Shown: positions 46,419 to 55,111 of the stretch, piece by piece | Numbering within the stretch: the first letter of the stretch is position 1 | Layout: each line of letters begins with the position of its first letter | Assembly (NCBI GenBank): GCA_964411125.1 | Contig: CAYPJU010000014.1 | Coordinates: 5,566-69,565 of the forward strand | Direction: 5' to 3' | DNA from: an uncultured Bradymonadales bacterium | GTDB lineage: Bacteria > Myxococcota_A > Bradymonadia > Bradymonadales > Bradymonadaceae | Length of the DNA: 64,000 nucleotides | Translations under genes and position numbers: made by a program | The notes under the pieces: generated by a model | The model's database searches: none | What the model was told of the DNA's origin: nothing | Seen by the model: only the letters and a program-made list of their open reading frames with translations

Positions 46419-46796
46419 GTGGAAATTGCAGACTATTCAGCCCTCATCATCCTGACGACCATGGCGGTCGTCGTCGCTGCCGTCATTTCGGGACTCGCCG
46501 GACTCTTCGGCCCCGACAATCCGACGAAGCAGAAGTTGATGCCATACGAGTCGGGCTCCGACCCGTTGACGAACCCGAAAGAACAGCGGTTCAGCATCAA
46601 GTTCTACATGGTCGCGATCAGTTTCATCCTGTTCGACCTCGAGACGATCTTCGTCATCCCGTGGGCGATCTCGTGGAACCAGAGCGATGCGATGGGCTAC
46701 GGCGTGTACTCGTTGATGGTAATGCTCATCTTCGTGTCGATCTTGACGATCGGGCTCGTCTACGAATGGAAGCAAGGAGGTCTCGAATGGGACTAG
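46419..46796 (+). CDS. nuoA: NADH-quinone oxidoreductase subunit A
   Basis: 125 aa with three TM segments. YESGSDP...[27 protein letters not shown] is present. Confidence 0.9.
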   Translation: MEIADYSALIILTTMAVVVAAVISGLAGLFGPDNPTKQKLMPYESGSDPLTNPKEQRFSIKFYMVAISFILFDLETIFVIPWAISWNQSDAMGYGVYSLMVMLIFVSILTIGLVYEWKQGGLEWD

Positions 46797-47338
46797 AATA
46801 CAAGCTGGTGCCGGACAATGTCGCGATCACGACCCGCGTGTCGGACGTCGTGAACTGGGCCCGCAAGAACTCGCTGTTTCAGTACCCGTTCGTCACGGCT
46901 TGCTGCGGCATGGAGTACATGGCGACGGCGGCGGCGAGGTACGACCTCGCGCGTTTCGGCGCGGAGATTCCGCGCTTTTCGCCGCGTCAGGCGGACCTTC
47001 TCTGGGTCGTCGGCACGGTGAACCACAAGCTCGCGCCCTACCTTCGCCGGATCTACGAGCAGATGGCGGAGCCCAAGTGGGTGATCTCTTTCGGAGTGTG
47101 CGCTTCGACCGGGGGCTTCTACGACAATTACGCGACGGTTCAGGGGATCGATAAAATCATCCCGGTCGACGTCTACATTCCGGGCTGCCCGCCCCGTCCC
47201 GAACAGGTCCTCGACGGCCTCCTGAAGCTGCAGGAGAAGATCGAGAACGAGCCGTGGGACAAGTACGACTACGAGAAGAAGCGGGCCGAGCTCGCCGCTG
47301 CCGAGGACGGCAACCCGATCTTCACCAAGGTGCAGTAA
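46787..47338 (+). CDS. nuoB: NADH-quinone oxidoreductase subunit B
   Basis: 183 aa from ATG 46787, overlapping nuoA by 10 nt. The N2 cluster ligand context is [10 protein letters not shown]...FGVCASTGG...[10 protein letters not shown]. Confidence 0.9.
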   Translation: MGLEYKLVPDNVAITTRVSDVVNWARKNSLFQYPFVTACCGMEYMATAAARYDLARFGAEIPRFSPRQADLLWVVGTVNHKLAPYLRRIYEQMAEPKWVISFGVCASTGGFYDNYATVQGIDKIIPVDVYIPGCPPRPEQVLDGLLKLQEKIENEPWDKYDYEKKRAELAAAEDGNPIFTKVQ

Positions 47339-47890
47339 GTGGCCAAAAAGCTGATCGATATCGTTCGAAAGAACTTCGAAGACCACGTCATCGACTCGCA
47401 CTCCCGGCTCGGGAACGACACGGTGATCATCGACCGCGAGGGTCTCACGGACATCGTCGAGTTCCTCCGCAACGACCCGGCAGCGAAGATCAACTTCCTG
47501 CGGGACATCACGGCGGTCGACTACCTGCATCGCGTGCCCCGGTTCGAGGTCGTCTACGTGCTCTACAGCATGGAGCTGAAGCATCAGCTCCTGATTCGCG
47601 TTCCGCTGCAGGAGAACGACCTCAAGATTCCGACGCTTTCGAAGGTCTTCAAGGTCGCCGGCTGGCTCGAGCGCGAAGTCTTCGACATGTACGGCGTCAT
47701 CTTCACGGACCATCCCGATCTCCGACGCGTGCTCCTCTACCCCGAGTTCGAGGGGCATCCGCTGCGAAAAGATTACGCCCAGCAGGCGTCGCAGCCTCGC
47801 ACCGAGCTCCTCGCCCGCGAGCGAGACTCCGTCGAAGAATTCAACGAATACGTGAAGAACCGCCCAGCGACCGGCTCACGGGAGTACTGA
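47339..47890 (+). CDS. nuoC: NADH-quinone oxidoreductase subunit C
   Basis: 183 aa. ITAVDY...FEVVYVLYS...AGWLEREVFDMYGVIFTDHPDLRR are present. Confidence 0.9.
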   Translation: MAKKLIDIVRKNFEDHVIDSHSRLGNDTVIIDREGLTDIVEFLRNDPAAKINFLRDITAVDYLHRVPRFEVVYVLYSMELKHQLLIRVPLQENDLKIPTLSKVFKVAGWLEREVFDMYGVIFTDHPDLRRVLLYPEFEGHPLRKDYAQQASQPRTELLARERDSVEEFNEYVKNRPATGSREY

Positions 47891-47894
47891 GACG

Positions 47895-49103
47895 ATGGCC
47901 GAAAATCTCAACATCGAACCGATCGAACAGGACATCCACGCCCAGCCGATGGTCCTGCAGATGGGGCCCTCGCATCCGGCGACGCACGGTACCGTGCGCT
48001 TCACGCTGACTCTCGACGGCGAGACCGTCGTCAAGTGTGACACGGAGGTGGGGTATCTGCATCGCGGGTTCGAGAAGGAGTGCGAGAACTCCACCTGGAC
48101 TCAGGTCTTCCCGTACACCGACCGGCTCAACTACCTGAGCCCCCTGCTCTGCAACTTCGGCCTCTGCCTGGCGGTCGAGAAGTTGCTCGAACTCGAAGTC
48201 CCCGCAAGGTGCAACTACGTCCGAACGATCATGGGCGAAGTGAGCCGACTCTCGGACCACTTCACCTGCGTGGGAGCCGGAGCGCTCGAACTCGGCGCGA
48301 TGACCGCGTTCCTCTACGCAATCGAGGCGCGCGAGCTGGTCTGGGACCTGATCGAAGACGTCACCGGAGCTCGCCTCACCGTCAGTTACGGCCGAATCGG
48401 CGGTGTGAAGGACGACCTCCCGCACGGTTTCGCCGACAGTTGGAAGTTCGTCCGCGGACGGATCCTGGAGCTCCACGAAGAGGTCGACAAGCTGTGCGCT
48501 CGTAACCGTATCTTCATGGACCGAATGATGGGCACGGGCGTCATCACGCCCGAGGCCGCCCTCACCTGGGGCTACACCGGACCGACCGCGCGCTCCGCCG
48601 GCATCCCTTACGACGTCCGAAAGGACCACCCCTACTTCGCGTACGGCGACATCGACTTCGACGTCCCCGTCGGCGCGAACGGCGACAACTACGACCGCTA
48701 CCTCATCCGGATGGAAGAGATCCTGCAGTCGATCCGCATCATCGATCAGTGCCTCGAGAAGATGCCGGGCGGACCCGTGAACTCGGATGACCCGCGCGTC
48801 GTGCTTCCCGAGAAGCAGAAAGTCTACAACACGATCGAGGCGATGATCGCCCACTTCAAGATCGTGTTCGAGGGGATCCAGGTCCCCCCCGGCGAAATCT
48901 ACAGCTACACCGAAGGCGCCAACGGCGAGTTCGGGTACTACATCGTCTCGAACGGGACCGGAAAGCCGTGGAAGATTCACGCGCGCACCCCGTCCTACGT
49001 AATGATGGGCGGCATCCACAAGATGTTCGAAGGCGGTCTGCTGGCCGACATCATCCCCACGTTCGACACCGTCAACATGATCGGTGGGGCGTGCGACCGC
49101 TGA
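47895..49103 (+). CDS. nuoD: NADH-quinone oxidoreductase subunit D
   Basis: 402 aa. MGPSHPATHGTVRF...EVGYLHRGFEKECE...ERYLIRMEE-like DRYLIRMEEI are present. The C-terminus is ...VNMIGGACDR. Confidence 0.92.
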   Translation: MAENLNIEPIEQDIHAQPMVLQMGPSHPATHGTVRFTLTLDGETVVKCDTEVGYLHRGFEKECENSTWTQVFPYTDRLNYLSPLLCNFGLCLAVEKLLELEVPARCNYVRTIMGEVSRLSDHFTCVGAGALELGAMTAFLYAIEARELVWDLIEDVTGARLTVSYGRIGGVKDDLPHGFADSWKFVRGRILELHEEVDKLCARNRIFMDRMMGTGVITPEAALTWGYTGPTARSAGIPYDVRKDHPYFAYGDIDFDVPVGANGDNYDRYLIRMEEILQSIRIIDQCLEKMPGGPVNSDDPRVVLPEKQKVYNTIEAMIAHFKIVFEGIQVPPGEIYSYTEGANGEFGYYIVSNGTGKPWKIHARTPSYVMMGGIHKMFEGGLLADIIPTFDTVNMIGGACDR

Positions 49104-49113
49104 CTGGCACCCC

Positions 49114-49863
49114 GTGAGCGGCTTTCTCGACAATTTCTCCCGCCAGGCCCGTGAGTACGCTCGGTTTCGACCGACGTACCCCGACGCGCTGTTCAACTGG
49201 GTCGCGGAACAATCCCCGGCGACGGACGCTCTCTGGGACTGCGCCACCGGCAACGGGCAGGCAGCCCTCTCCCACGCGGAACGGTTCGACCGCGTCTTCG
49301 CGACCGACGCGAGCGCGACGCAGATCGAACACGCGACGCCCCATCCGCGGATCGAGTACTCCGTGGCTCCCGCCGAAGAGTCGGGGCTGGAGCCTGGATC
49401 GGTCGACGCCGTCACGGTCGCGACCGCGATCCACTGGTTCGACCTCTCCGCGTTCGTCGAAGAGGTCCGTCGCGTGCTCCGACCTGGCGGACTCTTCGCC
49501 TTCTGGACGTATGCCGATGCGGAGCTCGACCCTGCCCTGCGAGACCTCGTCAGGGAGTTCAGCCGCGGACCGCTCGGCCCCTACTGGTCCGACCGCGTTC
49601 GGTCGCTGTGGAGCGCAGGCTATGGGGCGTACGCGATACCGATGGAAGAGATCGACGCTCCGATTTTCGAAGTCGAAGCGGCGTGGAACCCCGACCAACT
49701 GCTCGGATACCTTCGAACCTGGTCGGCGACGCAGGCGTTTGTCGAAGCTCAGGGAGAGGATCCCGTCTCTCGGATCGATGCGCACGTCCGAGCCACCTAC
49801 GGCTCGCGGGACACGGTCGACATCCGCTGGCCCCTTCAATTGAGAGCCTTTCGGGCCGACTGA
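49114..49863 (+). CDS. Tmt1/Crg1-like class I SAM-dependent methyltransferase (Methyltransf_11 type)
   Basis: 249 aa from the inferred GTG at 49114, 10 nt after the nuoD stop. The alternative GTG 49084 overlaps nuoD. REYARFRPTYP, DCATGNGQAA, AIHWFD, LRPGGLFAFW, GPYW and YLRTWSA line up by eye with yeast trans-aconitate methyltransferase Tmt1. Confidence 0.75.
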   Translation: MSGFLDNFSRQAREYARFRPTYPDALFNWVAEQSPATDALWDCATGNGQAALSHAERFDRVFATDASATQIEHATPHPRIEYSVAPAEESGLEPGSVDAVTVATAIHWFDLSAFVEEVRRVLRPGGLFAFWTYADAELDPALRDLVREFSRGPLGPYWSDRVRSLWSAGYGAYAIPMEEIDAPIFEVEAAWNPDQLLGYLRTWSATQAFVEAQGEDPVSRIDAHVRATYGSRDTVDIRWPLQLRAFRAD

Positions 49864-50002
49864 CCGCCCTGATGGCTTCGGTCCTGCCGACCAGTTCGGC
49901 CGGCGGTGTGGGTGAGTCTCCCACACGTGATGCAACTCCGAGCGTCGAGTGGTAGCCTGTGAGAAGCGGAGGGGGGCGCCGCACTCGCGCTCAGGGGACC
50001 TG

Positions 50003-53000
50003 ATGCCTCCACTCGCTCAAGCAGCTCGCTTTCTCACCGTCTTGATGGCGCTGTCGCTCATCGCGACACCGGCCGCCGGTTTCAAGCCCGAGAGCCACGT
50101 GAAGACCGTCAACGTGGCGCTGTATGACGCGATGGACGGAGGGATCTGTCTTCCGGGCCTGACCTCCGACCGTTCCTCGGCCCCGCCTCGTCAGATCTGG
50201 ATCGGTGAGAACGAGCTGCAACACTACGTCGTCGTCGATGGTCCCGACGGACCCGAGCGCCAGTTTCACAACTACCTCCTTCACTACGCGCCGTATCTGC
50301 GCGCCGGCTCGGTCGGTCCCGATGCGTTCCCCGATCCGCTGATCGGGCAGGCGTTCACGCACGACAACTACGCCGAGCCGCACGTCGGCCCCGACGACCC
50401 CCGCAACGTGCACCATCCCCCACGAGAGAGCGTCTTCGGAGAAGGTTTCTCCTTCAGCTCCGCGGACCTCGCGTCCCTGGTCGGGGAGGACGCCGCAGCC
50501 ACTCTCGAAAAGCTCGCCGCGACGTTTCTGGGCAAGCCGGCATGGCGGAGCGTCGACTGGGGTCACGAGGTGCTCTACATGGCGCGCGCTCACTACCAGG
50601 AGCAGATCGACTACTGGGAGGCGGAGGAGCCGCCCCGAGAACACCTGCGCGACGAATGGTTGGCGAACGCGGAGATTCGCGCCGCACGCGCCGAAGCGCT
50701 TCGCGAGGAGCAGCGCGCCGCGGTCGCGTTTGCGCTCGGGTACATGATGCACATGGCGGGCGACGGGCAGATCCACGGGCTGATCAACGAGATCGTCGGA
50801 CTACCCTGGGGTTACTTCGACACCCGCCGCAGCGAGAATCCGTACTACGGCCTTCTCGCGCCGATGGCGGAGGAGCTCCAGCACATGGCGATCGAGTCGT
50901 ACCTCGATCGCTCTTACTTTCCGGGATCGGAGCCCGCGGCTCAGCGGAAGCTCGTCGACGGCGGAGCCTGCGAGCCTTCGATGCCCGCGGAGGAGATCGT
51001 CCTCGCCTGCCTGGACGACTCGAAGCTGGTCGAACGCCCCGTGCCCTGTGAACGATGCAACCCCCTGCGCGGAGTCGACCCGCGCGGGCTGAGCGACCGA
51101 TGCGACCACTGCTTCGACGATTGCAACCCCTGGCGCGAGCTATGCCCCGCGACGCTCCCCGACCCCGACCCATCGTCGCCTTGCTCCGCGGCGGTGCTCT
51201 GTAAACCCCCCGTCACGGGGAGCAACGAGACATGCGAAGACGCGCCGGACGCGGCGACCTTCCGGGCATGCCGCGACGAGCGTACGCGCATCTGCACGGA
51301 TGCCCGAATGCAGTGCCTGTGCGACGAAGCCGTCGAGCGGCTCGCCGACCTCGGGATCATCGACGATCCCCTCGCGAAGTATCTGTGTCCGGCGACCGAG
51401 ACGGCCGACGATCTCCGCTTCTCCGGCCGATCGAAGCGGATCCAGGCGCAGTTGGTCGGGGCGCTCGCCGACATTCGCTCGGGCAACCCGGCGACCGGCA
51501 GCAACACCAACCTCACGGAGACGCTCGGCGAGTACGTCGCGAACGGGTGCAGCACGGCGCCGATGAACACCGAGCGCATCTACGACCTCACCGTCGGGGG
51601 GGACACGCCGGTGATGATCGACGTCCCCAACCTGCAGACCTCCGTCTCGTCGGGCGGCTCGGACATCGACCTCAACGGGAACGGCGAGCCCGACCTGGTG
51701 AACCAGTGCATCTGGCTCAATTGCCGGCTCTATCCGCACCTCTGCCCGTGGAACGCGCTCGATCGGGCACTCCCCGAGGCGGCCTACACCGACTTGATCA
51801 CTTGTGAAGACGGCGCGCCGCGGTTTCCGGGAGCGTCGGTATTCGGCGAGCTCGGCACAGAGGGCTGTGACGGCTTTCCGCCCGGTCCGACTTCGTTCCG
51901 GCCGGAGCTCGAGAAGGTTCGCAGCGGCGATCCCGACGCGGTCGAAGCGTTCATCAACTCGACGTATCTGGAGGTCCCCAAGAACTTCGTGAACCAGACC
52001 TTCTACCTGAACCGAATCTACACGGACCCCGGGAGCGATGCGGCGCCGGGGGCGCCGGGCAGCTACAGTCTCGGGGGATACGGAGTCAACGCGATCCATG
52101 CGATCGTCGACGCGCTCGAGTTGCTCAACCTCTACCTGAATGTGGCGATCGGTGATCCGTGGGGATTTCTCGAGGCACAGTTTCCCGACAGCGACGTCGT
52201 CCGCGTCCTCGGAGGCTGGGCGAACATCGTGGACCGGGCGGCGGGCTGGGCGGAGGACGTGGGTGACGCCCTCTACAACTCGCCGGTGTTGAACTACACG
52301 ATCCGCATCCCCTTCATCGGCGAGGTGACGATCGGCATCGGCCGGCTGTTGGCGCAGCCCTGGTATGCGACCGCCGCGATGATCCGCGCGCTGGGAGACC
52401 CACTGGGCGAGATGATTCGAACGGTCGCGGACAGCCTCGACGACGAGATCTCGCAACGGATGTCATTGCTGCACGACCATCTTCGGAGCAACTGGGTGGA
52501 GGCGACCACGTGTTCGGCGGAGACGATCACGAGCGGCGCGCACCGTCACTACTCCATTCGGAAGTACCAGGACTTCGCCGAGGAGGCGGTCGACATCCTG
52601 GCGCGAGGGGACGACACGTGCGAGCGCCCGTCGATGGTGGAGTTCGTCCTGACGGGGTCGGGGTTCGACTTCGTCGACGCGGTTCGGCTGTTCGACCAGT
52701 TCGATCGATTGATCGACTGGGCGGGGTGCGAGATCCAGAAGCTGGTGCTGGGCAATCTGATGGAGCGGATGATCGTCGAGCCCCTGCGCGAGCTGATGGA
52801 GCGGGCGAGCGAGAAGCTGTTCTGCGATCTGCTCGTCGGAGCGAACCAGACGCTGTTGACGCGGGCATCGCTCGACGCGTTGGTCGACCACTGCCCGGAG
52901 ATCCACCGTCTCCTCTGGCATCCGCAGGAGGGGCTGGGAGAACCGGCGTTTCAGACGATGCTGGAGGGGCTCGACTTCACGGTCGAGACGGTCGGGGGGA

Positions 53001-54550
53001 CGAGCTACAACATCAAGGACTTCGTGATTCGGATGCGGGTGGTGTCGACGGGGACGTGTTGGGACGGCCGCGTCGACTCGTTGGAGCTGTCGGAGAGGGA
53101 CCGGCTGCGCGCGGCGTTCTACGACGACTCGGTGATCACGACGCAATGCGCGGACAGTATCACGGAGTTCTCGTTCGACGGATTCCAGCCGCCCGAAGGG
53201 GTCGAGCCGGGGCGGGCGCCTGCGATCGTGGACTTCCTGGACCAGCAGACGGGGACGGCGAACTCGGCGCCGAGAACGGTCCGGGTCGTGGACGCGCTCG
53301 GAGAGTCGCTCGTCGAGGACGAACGTCGGCTCACGAGCTCGGCCCGTTTCGCGCCGGTCTACAACACGATTCAGCTCAACAAGCTGGCCCTCCTCGCGCC
53401 GGGCAATCGGGAGACGGAGTGCAACCCGACGCGCCTCTGCAGCTCGGCGCGCGCGTGCTCGCTGGAGCCGTGCCGGCCGTTCGGGGTCGGGAGTTCGACT
53501 CCGGGCGGGGTCCGAGAGATCATCGATTTCGCGAACGCGAACCCGAGGCTCGGTTCCGGCGCCTCCGGTCCTCGCGAGGCGACCGAGCTCTTCTGGGATG
53601 TTTCCCCGCTGGTGGGGCCCGAGGCGAACAGCGCGGCCTCCCCCGACGAAGAGCTCGAGCGGTTCTTCGACGAGCAATGGACCACGGCTGGCCCCGACCG
53701 TAGCATCCCGGGCGCGCGTCGTTGCTCGGACCTCCACTACAACGTGCTTTGCAACAGCATCTACTCGCTGGACGACCCCGACGACTACTGCCGGCAGGCG
53801 CGTGGTTGGGCGCAGGGGAGCGTCCCCGACGACGCGTGCGTGCTGCGGCACGACGATCACGACCCCTGCGTCTGGTTGGAAGACGTCGACGATCCACCGG
53901 CCCCCGAACCGACCTACTTCCCCGACCCGCGGGCGGACGAGCTGGTGTGCGACACGCACGTGAGCGAACGATGGGCCTGGGGCGACCATGCGCGAGACTA
54001 CACGCCTCATCAGCGGTCCTTCGCGGTGGACGTCGGTCGGCGTGCTCACGCGACGCCGTACAGCGACGAGGCGCTCTACGGCTACGCGCTCACGCGGTTT
54101 TCGCTCGCCAACAAGGACGCGCACGTGCCGCGGCTCTACACGAAGATCCTGGCCCCGTTCTACTGCCCGGAGGCGGGCCCGGCGCAGGCGGACGGCGATT
54201 GCGACGGTATCCCCGACGCGTGTGACAACTGCGTCGGCGCGTACAATCCGGCTCAGGTCCGGAGCGGAATCAGGGTCGAGGGTGACGCGTGCGCGGGCGA
54301 TCCCGGTCGGATCGACTCGCACTGCGTGCTCGATCCGGACGTCGTACCCGACGAGGAGGTCTGCCCGACCTGTGAAGATCTCGAGGATCGAGTGGCGCCC
54401 GACATCGAGTTCCCGGAGGTCGACGTCGAGGACCGAGGCTGTCGTTGTGGCGTCACGCCAGCCACTCCCCCGCTGTCGGGGCTCTTGTGGGCCCTGCTGC
54501 TGGTCGGGTTCCGGCTCGCGCGGCGGCGCCGATCTGAGGAAGCCCGCTGA
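50003..54550 (+). CDS. very large secreted Cys-rich protein: Zn-dependent phospholipase-C-like N-domain, TSP type-3 repeat, MYXO-CTERM-like tail
   Basis: 1515 aa from ATG 50003. The signal peptide is FLTVLMALSLIATPAAG/FKPESH. PLC-like metal-ligand blocks are ESHVKTVNVAL, YLRAGSVGPDAFPD, LGYMMHMAGDGQIHG and ELQHMAIESYLD. The TSP3 motif is DGDCDGIPDACDNCVGAYNPAQ. The tail is GCRCG...LSGLLWALLLVGFRLARRRR. Confidence 0.7.
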   Translation: MPPLAQAARFLTVLMALSLIATPAAGFKPESHVKTVNVALYDAMDGGICLPGLTSDRSSAPPRQIWIGENELQHYVVVDGPDGPERQFHNYLLHYAPYLRAGSVGPDAFPDPLIGQAFTHDNYAEPHVGPDDPRNVHHPPRESVFGEGFSFSSADLASLVGEDAAATLEKLAATFLGKPAWRSVDWGHEVLYMARAHYQEQIDYWEAEEPPREHLRDEWLANAEIRAARAEALREEQRAAVAFALGYMMHMAGDGQIHGLINEIVGLPWGYFDTRRSENPYYGLLAPMAEELQHMAIESYLDRSYFPGSEPAAQRKLVDGGACEPSMPAEEIVLACLDDSKLVERPVPCERCNPLRGVDPRGLSDRCDHCFDDCNPWRELCPATLPDPDPSSPCSAAVLCKPPVTGSNETCEDAPDAATFRACRDERTRICTDARMQCLCDEAVERLADLGIIDDPLAKYLCPATETADDLRFSGRSKRIQAQLVGALADIRSGNPATGSNTNLTETLGEYVANGCSTAPMNTERIYDLTVGGDTPVMIDVPNLQTSVSSGGSDIDLNGNGEPDLVNQCIWLNCRLYPHLCPWNALDRALPEAAYTDLITCEDGAPRFPGASVFGELGTEGCDGFPPGPTSFRPELEKVRSGDPDAVEAFINSTYLEVPKNFVNQTFYLNRIYTDPGSDAAPGAPGSYSLGGYGVNAIHAIVDALELLNLYLNVAIGDPWGFLEAQFPDSDVVRVLGGWANIVDRAAGWAEDVGDALYNSPVLNYTIRIPFIGEVTIGIGRLLAQPWYATAAMIRALGDPLGEMIRTVADSLDDEISQRMSLLHDHLRSNWVEATTCSAETITSGAHRHYSIRKYQDFAEEAVDILARGDDTCERPSMVEFVLTGSGFDFVDAVRLFDQFDRLIDWAGCEIQKLVLGNLMERMIVEPLRELMERASEKLFCDLLVGANQTLLTRASLDALVDHCPEIHRLLWHPQEGLGEPAFQTMLEGLDFTVETVGGTSYNIKDFVIRMRVVSTGTCWDGRVDSLELSERDRLRAAFYDDSVITTQCADSITEFSFDGFQPPEGVEPGRAPAIVDFLDQQTGTANSAPRTVRVVDALGESLVEDERRLTSSARFAPVYNTIQLNKLALLAPGNRETECNPTRLCSSARACSLEPCRPFGVGSSTPGGVREIIDFANANPRLGSGASGPREATELFWDVSPLVGPEANSAASPDEELERFFDEQWTTAGPDRSIPGARRCSDLHYNVLCNSIYSLDDPDDYCRQARGWAQGSVPDDACVLRHDDHDPCVWLEDVDDPPAPEPTYFPDPRADELVCDTHVSERWAWGDHARDYTPHQRSFAVDVGRRAHATPYSDEALYGYALTRFSLANKDAHVPRLYTKILAPFYCPEAGPAQADGDCDGIPDACDNCVGAYNPAQVRSGIRVEGDACAGDPGRIDSHCVLDPDVVPDEEVCPTCEDLEDRVAPDIEFPEVDVEDRGCRCGVTPATPPLSGLLWALLLVGFRLARRRRSEEAR

Positions 54551-54614
54551 CGCCTCCGTTGGTCCAGGCGCTCGGTCGATGTATACCGCTGGCTCACCCA
54601 CGAAGGAGGATACG

Positions 54615-54968
54615 ATGAGCGAACGTGAAGCCGCCCTGCAAGGGCTCCGGAAGGAACTACAGGAACAGCGCGCCGAGCTCGTGAGCCGTGTCGAGGCGAT
54701 CGCGGCCGACATTCGCCAGGAGAACCACGAGCGGAGCGACGACTGGGACGATCGCGCCGTGGAGAACGAGAACGACGAGGTCCTCGCGCAGCTCGACGAT
54801 GCCGGCCGTGAGCAGGTCGAGCAGATCGACGTGGCGCTGGCGCGGATGTCCGAAGGAACGTACGGCGTGTGCATCGACTGCGACGAGGAGATCCCGATGG
54901 CGCGCCTGCGCGCTCTCCCTTCGGCGCTCCGGTGCGTGCAGTGTGAGTCCGCTCACGAGAACGCCTGA
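54615..54968 (+). CDS. DksA/TraR-family C4 zinc-finger protein
   Basis: 117 aa with GAAGGAGGA before ATG 54615. The coiled coil carries a DxxDxA tip motif (DWDDRA). The zinc finger is CIDC-N17-CVQC. Confidence 0.75.
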   Translation: MSEREAALQGLRKELQEQRAELVSRVEAIAADIRQENHERSDDWDDRAVENENDEVLAQLDDAGREQVEQIDVALARMSEGTYGVCIDCDEEIPMARLRALPSALRCVQCESAHENA

Positions 54969-55053
54969 ACCATCCCGAGGCGCAGGGGTCGGCAATTCGA
55001 CCTGCTCCGTCGCGGTCCCTCGGCGGAGAAACGCGGCTTCCTGCCCCGAACGT

Positions 55054-55083
55054 TTGGAAATCGGGGATCGATTCCGCTATACC
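55054..55083 (+). promoter_or_regulatory. candidate sigma70-type promoter (TTGGAA-N18-TATACC)
   Basis: TTGGAA lies at 55054-55059 and TATACC at 55078-55083. This is about 30 nt upstream of ATG 55112. Pattern match only. Confidence 0.25.
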
Positions 55084-55111
55084 GTCGCCCATTGATACGA
55101 CCGCTATCTGG

